NCBI GenBank assembly: GCA_965116415.1
Contig: OZ220693.1
Location: forward strand, 1,580,753 to 1,644,752
Direction: 5' to 3'
DNA length: 64,000 nucleotides
From: Dehalococcoidia bacterium
Lineage (GTDB): Bacteria; Chloroflexota; Dehalococcoidia; Lucifugimonadales; UBA1123
In this document: positions 55,903 to 64,000 of the stretch, one piece after another
Layout of the letters: each line of letters opens with the position of its first letter
How positions within the stretch are numbered: position 1 is the first letter of the stretch
Program-made: the position numbers and the translations under genes
The notes under the pieces: model-generated
Seen by the model: the letters and a program-made list of their open reading frames with translations, nothing else
What the model was told of the DNA's origin: nothing
The model's database searches: none

Positions 55903-55996
55903 CCTCTCCCTTGATGGGAGAGGATTGAGGTGAGGGTGGCCCGCCGCGGCGGGTAATCCCCCTCATCCTAACCTTCTCCCGCCAGGGGAGAAGGGA
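55903..55996. repeat. Two family A REP copies: reverse at 55903-55938, degenerate forward at 55958-55996
   Basis: CCTCTCCCTTGATGGGAGAGGATTGAGGTGAGGGTG and CCCCCTCATCCTAACCTTCTCCCGCCAGGGGAGAAGGGA. Confidence 0.75.
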
Positions 55997-56046
55997 CTTT
56001 TCAGGTGCCCTCTCGCATGAATTCTCTCGTACCGCTTAATGTCTTG

Positions 56047-58539
56047 TTATCGCTCTCCGCCGACCGACGGGTCTGCCCACTGGACTACCCCGCGCGCTCC
56101 GAGGTCTTCGATCTGCTGGTCGTCGTAGCCGATCTCCCTTAGCAGGGGCTTCGTGTGCTGGCCGATCTGCGTGGAGGTCCGGTAGATCCCCGGAGTCATG
56201 GAGAACTCGACGAGTCCGCCGTAGCGCCGGTACCTGCCGATATATGGGTGCTCCACCTCGACGCTCAGGTCGTTCGCCCTGGCGTGGGGATGGTCTGCGT
56301 AGAAGTCTCCCTCGACAGCCTCGTCTGCGCGGACGCAGCCGACGTCTGCCTTGGTCAGCAACTCCTCCCACTCGTCAGCGGTGCGCCCTGCGAGGATCGC
56401 CGAGATCTCGGCAACGAGGGCTTCGTCGTTTGCCTGTCGTGCCTCTGGTGTGGAGAATCGGCTGTCGGCCTGCAGGTCTTCCCGCTGGACGCTCCGGCAG
56501 AACTTCTCCCACTCGTCCTGGAACAGGCAGGCCAGGAACACCCACCCTTCGCTGCAGCGGTAGAGGCGATACAGGGCGTGAAGGCCGTGGACGTCTTCGT
56601 CGGGCATGGCGATGGGAGGGCGGTCTGCGTAGTCGAAGTACTCGTCGGCGTTGGTCCAGGCATTGGCGGTGAGCATGTTTAGCTGGACGGTCTGGCCCTT
56701 GCCGGTTATGTCCCTCGACCGGAGGGCCAGGACGATACCCGTGGCGATGGCGGGTGAGGTGTTCTGGTCCGGCCCCCAGTTGGACTTCATGATCCAGCGT
56801 GTCGCCTCAACGGTCTCCTCGATGTCCATGACTCGTTCGGGAGGCGGAGGCATGCCCCGGCCCATCTGTCGCATTGCGCCACCGATGATCGCGCCGGGAA
56901 TGGGATGGGCTCCCGGCCTGCGCGCGTGTTCCCCGTGTTCTCCATAGGCCGCCATCCAGACGTGGATGATACGGGGGTTGATCTTCCGGCATGTCTCCCA
57001 ATCGACTCCGAGACGCTCGGGCACTCCGAGCCTGAAGTTGTGAGAGAGAACGTCGGCCTTCGCGATGAGCTTATGGATGATCTCCTTGCCCTCGTCTGTC
57101 TGAAGGTCGATCTGAATACACTCCTTGCCGGCGTAGGTCCGCGGGTCGGCCACGGTCTGCTCCGTGGAACGCCGTCCCGCGTCCAGCCGCCTGTCGGTGG
57201 CGTCGACCTTGATGACCCGCGCCCCGAGGTCCGCAAGGAGCGCGGCGCCGTAGGGCCCGGCCTGGATCGTCGCGAGGTCCAGCACCGTCACTCCTGACAG
57301 CGGGTGGGCTGGTACTTTTGTGTTATTAACAGCCCAATGTGAATCGTCGACTATGCCTGTCTCCTGCCGCAGGCGCCGCAGTACTTCGGCACTGAGCAGC
57401 ACGCCTTTAGTGTGCTGTCCCACGTCGGGGGCCGGTCCGCTTGGTTCTCCAGGCGTTTCACTCAAGTCAGCGATGGGGGCAAGGGTGCGCAGGGGCCCAA
57501 CCCTGGGGTCATCGATCGTTACCACCAGAGAGTTATCGACCACTGCGGGATGGTCCATCGCCTCGACGCTATCGCGGTAGGGCTCGGCGGCGATGTTGCT
57601 GTCCTCTATGTATATCTCCATCCATTCGTCGGCGGTCTTCTCCGCCTGCTTCTTCAGAATCTCGCGGCGCAGGACCTCCCGGTCCTCCAGGCTGACGGCG
57701 GGAACTCTATTGAACCGCTCGTCCTCAAGCAGGTGCCCAAGTCCAATGGCCTTGAGGTGCCCCCGGATGTGCGGGACACGCTGGTTGGCGTGCTGGAGCC
57801 ATGCGCCGTCCTTTGTCCGCACCGGAACGTACCCGATCGAGGAGTGGCCCCGGCTGCCACCGGGCCTGCCGGGAAACCGCTCCGGGTCCCTCCGTCGGAG
57901 CTGCAGGTTCACCAGTCCGCCGTCGCCGACGTTGTTGTCGTGAGGAGAGGCCAGGTTCTGGACTATGCTCGTCTGTACCCACTGCCCGCGTCCGCACTGG
58001 TCGCGCACACGTAGCGCGCCTATGATTCCGCGTACTGCGGCCTGGCTGGTATGCCAGCTTCCGGTGTACACCGCCGAGTACACGGGACCTTCCCGGTTGG
58101 GCTGTCCCTGCAGGTTGAGCATCCGGCCTGCCTTGGCTGCGACAAGTCCCTCGTACCCTTTTACGCGGCGGAGCGGGCCCTTCTGCCCGAAGCCTGTGAT
58201 GGAGCAGTAGACCAAGCCAGGGTTGAGCTTCGACAGGTCGTCATACGCCAGTCCCCAGCCGGCCATGTCTCCGGGACGAAACGACTCGACCAGCACGTCG
58301 GCCTCGCCTGCGAGCCGGATGGCCTGCTCTCGGCCTTCCTCGGTGTCGAGGTCGAGCACGATGCCCTTCTTGCCACGGTTCCACGAAATCCAGGCGGGCT
58401 GAAATCGGAAGGGGTCTCCGCCGGGAGGCTCAACCTTGATCACCTCGGCGCCGTAGTCGGCCATCACCAGGGTGCAGAGGGCCCCCGGCATTCCCAACGA
58501 GAAGTCCAGGACGGTTAGGCCGGTACACAGTGCTGCCAC
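56047..58539 (-). CDS. Tandem-fused family III CoA-transferase (two CaiB/BaiF-like modules in one 830-aa protein)
   Basis: Module 1 starts LTVLDFSLGMPGALCTLVMADYGAEVIKVEPPGGD. Module 2 starts VTVLDLATIQAGPYGAALLADLGARVIKVD, near residue 415. Confidence 0.85.
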   Translation of the reverse strand: MAALCTGLTVLDFSLGMPGALCTLVMADYGAEVIKVEPPGGDPFRFQPAWISWNRGKKGIVLDLDTEEGREQAIRLAGEADVLVESFRPGDMAGWGLAYDDLSKLNPGLVYCSITGFGQKGPLRRVKGYEGLVAAKAGRMLNLQGQPNREGPVYSAVYTGSWHTSQAAVRGIIGALRVRDQCGRGQWVQTSIVQNLASPHDNNVGDGGLVNLQLRRRDPERFPGRPGGSRGHSSIGYVPVRTKDGAWLQHANQRVPHIRGHLKAIGLGHLLEDERFNRVPAVSLEDREVLRREILKKQAEKTADEWMEIYIEDSNIAAEPYRDSVEAMDHPAVVDNSLVVTIDDPRVGPLRTLAPIADLSETPGEPSGPAPDVGQHTKGVLLSAEVLRRLRQETGIVDDSHWAVNNTKVPAHPLSGVTVLDLATIQAGPYGAALLADLGARVIKVDATDRRLDAGRRSTEQTVADPRTYAGKECIQIDLQTDEGKEIIHKLIAKADVLSHNFRLGVPERLGVDWETCRKINPRIIHVWMAAYGEHGEHARRPGAHPIPGAIIGGAMRQMGRGMPPPPERVMDIEETVEATRWIMKSNWGPDQNTSPAIATGIVLALRSRDITGKGQTVQLNMLTANAWTNADEYFDYADRPPIAMPDEDVHGLHALYRLYRCSEGWVFLACLFQDEWEKFCRSVQREDLQADSRFSTPEARQANDEALVAEISAILAGRTADEWEELLTKADVGCVRADEAVEGDFYADHPHARANDLSVEVEHPYIGRYRRYGGLVEFSMTPGIYRTSTQIGQHTKPLLREIGYDDQQIEDLGARGVVQWADPSVGGER

Positions 58540-58702
58540 GGTTCACCTCCTCAGCCCAGGCTGGCTTAGGAGTCCGAGTATGCAACTGCTGAAGTTGCGC
58601 GTCAACCTCCTACACGAAGGCAGAAGAACACAACAGCAGTGGATCAGGACTCTATGAGCCCCTCTTGAGGCATGGTCCGGGGCAGGCTCTAGCCCTCTCC
58701 CT

Positions 58703-58728
58703 GACTCGACTTTGTACAAAGAGTAGTC
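58703..58728. promoter_or_regulatory. Imperfect 26-bp palindrome with perfect 12-bp core CTTTGTACAAAG, upstream of the CoA-transferase operon
   Basis: GACTCGACTTTGTACAAAGAGTAGTC, about 165-190 bp upstream of the 58539 start. Confidence 0.3.
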
Positions 58729-58972
58729 AAAGTAAAGAGGGCAGGGTAAGCGTAACCGTCCCGTAGTCGGTGTGGAAAGAAGAGAGCAGGGAGTCTTGGT
58801 AGAGTTTGGGTTACAACAACAGACCCAGACCAATCCGCCGCGGCGGACGCCAATGCCCAGAGTAAGAATCGCACTTCCACAGGTCAAGCTCTCCAGACAC
58901 GCGACCGGCAGCCTGCACATACTGCGGCAGCGTGTACCCCGGCCTACGCCGGGGCAGGATCTCCGTGGCTGT

Positions 58973-59182
58973 ATGACGTACAGGGAGTTGACAAGAATGC
59001 TCAGAAGGCTTGGATGCGCTTTTCACCGCTAGGCCGGAGGTTCGCACGAAATCTGGATCAACCCGGCCAATAATCAGGAGACCACCGTTCCAAGGCACGG
59101 CAGTCGAGATCCGGCCACGGGGACGATCCACGGGATTCGGCGAGACCTGGGCATCAACCGACAGGACTTTGACCGGGCATAG
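58973..59182 (+). pseudogene. HicA-family toxin gene interrupted by an in-frame TAG at 59030-59032
   Basis: MTYRELTRMLRRLGCAFHR-TAG-AGGSHEIWINPANNQETTVPRHGSRDPATGTIHGIRRDLGINRQDFDRA. In family members the TAG position is usually Gln (CAG). Confidence 0.7.
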
Positions 59183-59483
59183 CAGCTATGGGCATTGTGG
59201 GACAAATGATTTCCAAAGAGTGAGAGATGGCAGAACAAGCGCCGCCTGCAATCGGAAAGGGAGCCATTCCAAACGACAGATTCAATCAGTGGTGTGAGGA
59301 GCTTCTCGCAACGTACACCCGCAGCAATCAACAAGCTGTCGCAAGACATCTCGAAAGCCTGCGTAATTCCCTCCGATCGCAAGGCAACCACGTGTGTCCT
59401 CAGATCGTCCACCTCCTGAACACACCAATTCGCCTTACAGCTCCACAGCGAACTCAATAGTGAGGGTGCTCACTTGAGACACT

Positions 59484-59864
59484 CTACAGCAACCATTGTC
59501 CAATGACGTGTCTATGTCCCCATGGCTTCCAGTTCAAGTCCAACCGGCGGCGGTCGCCGAGTATCTCACGCGCGCGGTGACCATCGACACGAGATCCACT
59601 TCGGGACCTCGCTGAGTTTCTCCCGTCGTCAGGCGACCAGAACCTCGTTTCTCTCCAACCAGAACCCATGAAGGACATAGGGAGGATTCCAATCGCCTCA
59701 CGAAACCTCCCGGCGACCACATCGTCTACGATACCGTATAGCCGCTCGATCTCACCCTCTGCCGACTCATCGCACGCATCGCAGCCACAGTCTGGAAAAG
59801 ACTCGATGTACCATCGCCCAAATCGTACACGCAGCCCGGGAAAGGTCGAGAACACCACCACCAT
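59484..59864 (-). CDS. Hypothetical protein with FPDCGCDACDE motif
   Basis: 126-aa ORF with a non-repetitive sequence. Confidence 0.45.
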   Translation of the reverse strand: MVVVFSTFPGLRVRFGRWYIESFPDCGCDACDESAEGEIERLYGIVDDVVAGRFREAIGILPMSFMGSGWRETRFWSPDDGRNSARSRSGSRVDGHRAREILGDRRRLDLNWKPWGHRHVIGQWLL

Positions 59865-60353
59865 AGGAGCAGCGTCAAGGGCAACTGCAGCTTAGCAGAG
59901 TCGTTGCCGAGTAGACCCGGCAACGACAGGACGAAGGTCAAGCTGAGAGTTCCTGATTGCGTCAAGCCTGGCGGGCCTGAGCGTGCTGTGCTGCGAACTT
60001 TTCGAAGGGGCGCATCGCAGAGCAGGCAGCGCCAACTGGTTAGTTGACACAATCCTTTTCGCGCCAAATCCAAAAGCTCAGTCGCAAGCCCCGGAGGTAT
60101 TTGGCCGCTGTGACGGTTGTCATAAAGTGATTGTGCCGAAGTTCCTTCAGCCCAACGGTCCCCACGGCCTGGCAGGCCTGTCCATCTCAGGCGGAATCAC
60201 GCCTGTTAGTTCGTTGCCCGATCGGTCCAGAGTCCGTATGTTGGACAGGGTAACAGTCTAGGTGATTCCCCTCGTTAAAGCCTGACCTGACGATGGGCGC
60301 TGCCATCTCCGAGAAGTGGATGTAGCTGTGTGTAGAGAGGACGGACCAGACAC

Positions 60354-62762
60354 TCATGGCTTCGTCTGTGCCGGTGTCCATCCCTTCTCCATGCGGTAGC
60401 CCACGCGGGGCTCGGTATGGATGTACCTGGGATTCTTCGCGTCGTCACCCAGCTTGCGGCGCAGGTTCTTTACGGCTGCACGTATTATCTGGCTGTCCCC
60501 AAGGTACGTCTCATCCCAGACCCGTTGGATGATCTGGCTGTGCGTCAACACACGTCCAGCATTGGTGGCAAGCTCGAATAGCAGCTTATATTCGGTCCTC
60601 GATAACTGCACCGGACTCCCGGATACAGTCACGCTGCGGTCTGCAAAGTTGGCCGTCAAGTCTCCCAGTTGGTAGACATGGCGAGACGCGGGTGTAGTCT
60701 CCGCTCCCCGCCTCCGCAGGGATGCCGCGATTCTCGCCAGCAGTTCGGTCGAAGAGAAGGGCTTCACTATGTAGTCGTCGGCTCCCATGTTCAGAGCCTT
60801 CAATACGCTCTCCTCCCTGTCGTTCGCGGACAGGAAGATGATCGGAACCTGGGACACGTCGCGGATGCGGTTCATCATCTCGAATCCGCTGGTCCCGGGC
60901 ATCATCAGGTCCAACAGAACGAGATGGGGCTGCTCCATCTCCAACAGATGCATCATCTCATCCGGGTTGCCGGTCCCAAACACCGTGTACCCGTGGTCCG
61001 AGAGTATGTTTCTGATGAGCCACAGCGCCTGGGGTTCGTCATCCACCGCGAGAACCCTCCATTCATTCGGGCCAACTAAAGGATCAGCGGCTGGCTCTCG
61101 AGGGACATCGGCGGCCACGGGAACCGTGAAGGTGACACGTGTGCCTCGTCCTTCACCACCACTCTCGGCCCAGATGCGCCCCCCATGTGCCTCGACTATT
61201 CCCTTGCAGATCGCAAGCCCCAGGCCTTCGCCTGCCACATTCTGCTTTCTGCCGTCGTGACCTATCCGGGAGAACTTCCTGAACAGTTTGCTCAGCTGAT
61301 CTTCGGGTATCCCGTGGCCCTCGTCTTCCACGGAGACGGTGACGTGGAATTCGTCACGCGATACGGTTACCAGGATTGTCGAAGCGTCAGGCGAGTATTT
61401 GGATGCATTGGACAGCAGGTTGTCCAGCACCTGGGTAATACGCTGCCTATCCGCCTGGATATGGGGCAGGGCCGGGACGAGTTCTACCTCGACGCGGTTC
61501 CTTGCCCCGCGGCGAATGAACGCGGTCCTCGCTTCGTCGACCAGGGTCTCCACATCTGTGGGTTCAAGACTCACTGACAGCGCTCCGGCCTCTATCTGCG
61601 TCATGTCAAGGAGGTTGTTGACGAGATCGCGCAGGCGATCAGACTGCTCGTCTATCATTCGAAAGTACTGGAGGAACTCAGAAATGCTGACACGACTGGA
61701 GCTGTCCAACACGATACCAGTGCAGCCCTTGATCATTGTCAGAGGGGTTCGTAGCTCATGGCTCACCATTGCCAGGAACTCGTTGCGCAGGCGCTGCAAC
61801 TCCTCCAAAGGCGTCATGTCTTGGATAACGGCGATGGCGGATACTATCTTCCCGTCGTCCGAGTAGATCGGCGTCGCATTGACCAGGGTGGTCACCCTCC
61901 GCCCGTCCGGTAGGTTCACCAGGATCTCCTCGGCCCGCACGACCTCACCGCGATCCAGCGCTCTCGCCAGCGGACGCTCGTGGCTTTCGTATCTCTTCCC
62001 GTCCGTCCGCCGGTAGATCGCCACCTCGTGGTATCGCACGAGTGTGGAACCGGTCTCCGGAGACATACCCAGGATGCGCTCCGCCTCCCGATTCACCGAC
62101 GCGAAGGTCCTGGTCGAGGCGTCAACCACCATGACGCCCACAGGTGACGACTCCACCAGAGCTGCCAGCCGCCGCCTCTCGGTCTCCATTTCATCCCTGG
62201 TCCGCTGCTCTTCCTGGTACTTGAGGGCGTTGCCTATGGCGATCGCAGCCTGTGAAGCGAACATGACCAGTGTCTCCTGGTCTTCTTCCGAAAACTCTTC
62301 GGCGTCCTCCTTTTCAGTGAGGTAGATGTTGCCGACAGGTTCGCCCAGGTGTCGGATCGGCACTCCGAGGAAGGTCTTCATCGGCGGATGGTTCTCAGGG
62401 AAGCCGACAGAGTGGGAGTGCCGGGCGAGGTCCGGGAGTCGCAGCGGCCCCTGAATCTCGTTCAGGTAGCCGAGGATCCCCAAGCCCCTGGGTGGTTCTC
62501 CCAACATCTGGCGCTGTTCAGGGGTAATGCCGGAAGTGATGAACTCTCGAATACGCCCCGAGTCGTCGAACACCCCGACTGCACCATATTGGGCATCAGT
62601 CAGTGAGCGGGCTCCGTCCACGACCTCCTGAAGCACCGTGTTGAGGTCCCAACTCTCGGTAATGCGGCGGCTGACCTCGCTCATCATGGCGAGCCGCTCA
62701 CGCAGCCTGTCGACCTCTCGCATTTCCGATTCGTCCATCCCCAATGACCGCCTCCTGCCCAT
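60354..62762 (-). CDS. Single-polypeptide two-component system: GAF-PAS-HisKA-HATPase-receiver-OmpR/PhoB winged helix
   Basis: H-box SHELRTPLT; ATPase boxes DEGHGIP and GEGLGLAICK; receiver VLAVDDEP...LVLLDLMMPG; wHTH LSRTEYKLLFELA...RVGYRM. The start is taken at MGRRRS and is uncertain. Confidence 0.85.
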   Translation of the reverse strand: MGRRRSLGMDESEMREVDRLRERLAMMSEVSRRITESWDLNTVLQEVVDGARSLTDAQYGAVGVFDDSGRIREFITSGITPEQRQMLGEPPRGLGILGYLNEIQGPLRLPDLARHSHSVGFPENHPPMKTFLGVPIRHLGEPVGNIYLTEKEDAEEFSEEDQETLVMFASQAAIAIGNALKYQEEQRTRDEMETERRRLAALVESSPVGVMVVDASTRTFASVNREAERILGMSPETGSTLVRYHEVAIYRRTDGKRYESHERPLARALDRGEVVRAEEILVNLPDGRRVTTLVNATPIYSDDGKIVSAIAVIQDMTPLEELQRLRNEFLAMVSHELRTPLTMIKGCTGIVLDSSSRVSISEFLQYFRMIDEQSDRLRDLVNNLLDMTQIEAGALSVSLEPTDVETLVDEARTAFIRRGARNRVEVELVPALPHIQADRQRITQVLDNLLSNASKYSPDASTILVTVSRDEFHVTVSVEDEGHGIPEDQLSKLFRKFSRIGHDGRKQNVAGEGLGLAICKGIVEAHGGRIWAESGGEGRGTRVTFTVPVAADVPREPAADPLVGPNEWRVLAVDDEPQALWLIRNILSDHGYTVFGTGNPDEMMHLLEMEQPHLVLLDLMMPGTSGFEMMNRIRDVSQVPIIFLSANDREESVLKALNMGADDYIVKPFSSTELLARIAASLRRRGAETTPASRHVYQLGDLTANFADRSVTVSGSPVQLSRTEYKLLFELATNAGRVLTHSQIIQRVWDETYLGDSQIIRAAVKNLRRKLGDDAKNPRYIHTEPRVGYRMEKGWTPAQTKP

Positions 62763-64000
62763 GTTGATGCATCCCGCAGGCTGTGATGACGCGGGACTGA
62801 GGTGCCCAGAATCGTACCACAGCCGTCGGATCAGGAGCGCCTTCACAAATTTTGCACGGGTTCTGTCACACAAGAAGGGCTGTTCTTCACGGCTATTTCA
62901 CACGGCCTCTCTATGATGGAGAGTGTCACGGATCATAGGAGGTGTGAAATGGTCAGGCGAGTGATGACGGTTTCCCTGGTGATGAACTGCGCCTGTGGCC
63001 GTCTTCTCTGCAGGAGGCACGGCGCAGGCGGGCAGATCGAACCACAATTCGGTGAAGTAACTGATTGCCCGGCGCCGGGCCGGGGGCCGGTCGAGTGTCC
63101 CGACGGACCCCCAGTGGAGTATCGACTCCGGTCCGTGGAGATAGACACACCGACCGGGGCAGCGACAGCCGCGAATGAGGGAGTCGCTCGCTACCACATG
63201 CCGATGCCATTCTCGTACATGGGCATGAGCGGTGTCGGTCGGACACAGCGCCGTAGTCGGTCCGTGCAAAGGGAACCAGTCAATAGTACAGCATCAGCAG
63301 GCGTACGATGATGTGCGGTTCGAGGTGGTTGCTTATTCCAATTCCTTCCACGGTTCTCAGGATTGGCGAGATGATCCACCTTGGAGAACCACCGGTAGAC
63401 CGGGCCGTCGCTGATCTGCATGTTGGGAAACTGGTTAGCGTGAGCAGGTCAGATGTTTGCCCCGAAGGAACTGGATATCCGAAAGCGTAGCGCATCCAGG
63501 ATCGTTCTCACCTCACTGAATTCATTGAGTCTGTTATCTGTCCTATCCGCGTGACAGCTGGGAATCTCCCTCACTACCCCCACTGTGCCTGGCTGTAACG
63601 CAGGAAGGCCCGTACACATGGGCATGTTTGGGAAGGACACCCGGGGATTGGTGTCCTTCCTCCGTGACAGTGAAACGATGTAGCCATTTGCGAGAGAGGA
63701 CTCAATTGCTTAAACGGACTGGCCAGTGGATTCTCTACTCATAGCTGGAGCCTTTGGTCTGGGAGTGGCCTTTGTTGGCTTTGGACTCGCGCTTAGAACG
63801 TGTTGATAGGCGGGTACATGGCAATGCGGTCGAAGGCAGACTTCGTTCATGCGACCGGGTTCGGGATGGTGGCGGCAGGGGCAGCCCTCGCGGTTGAGAT
63901 CACGGTGATCGCGTTGGTGTTCGGCTAAGTATCGGGCAGCGATGAAAGCTCGCCCAATCGCAGTGCGGTGCAGGCGGCGTCATTCACGGCTATGTCGATC

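Noticed and set aside
59030-59032. In-frame TAG in HicA as pyrrolysine
   Set aside because: There is no pyl gene context. The family has Gln here, and a single-nucleotide nonsense change is the simpler explanation.

Overview
High-GC bacterial chromosomal window, about 60% or more by eye. The gene content and repeat style look like a marine Chloroflexota-type genome, but that is only a guess. No rRNA, tRNA, CRISPR array, integrase or transposase was recognised. Housekeeping and catabolic genes dominate: xylulokinase, an aminotransferase, a cation/proton antiporter with CBS domains, methyltransferases, VOC/glyoxalase proteins, SMP-30, and a CoA-transferase/DUF35/thiolase operon. Lower-GC accessory blocks and recombination scars interrupt them.

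Main observations:
1. Three redox genes (Prx-like, OsmC-like, AhpD-like) are each split in the ORF track by an in-frame TGA that falls exactly on the catalytic Cys position. I read all three as selenocysteine proteins.
2. A minimal nucleotidyltransferase, an XRE-HTH protein, a HEPN-like protein and an AAA ATPase form a module (2.5-6.3 kb). It is bracketed by two clusters of an 11-bp motif phased at exactly 23 bp, and preceded by a perfect 22-bp palindrome.
3. A lower-GC island (37-41.7 kb) carries adjacent Swt1-like HEPN and AbiJ-like HEPN genes.
4. A fused HTH-ImmA/IrrE protein sits next to a PIN protein.
5. A DUF1800 + NHL-propeller gene pair is present twice, and one copy is frameshifted.
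6. Several gene remnants mark insertion or duplication junctions: an SRPBCC 3' end, a PhzF fragment, an HdrB-like fragment with a clean internal deletion, and two thiolase 3' fragments sharing one deletion.
7. At least four families of REP/MITE-like palindromic intergenic repeats are present.

Many long antisense ORFs in the track are GC-driven shadows and were ignored.
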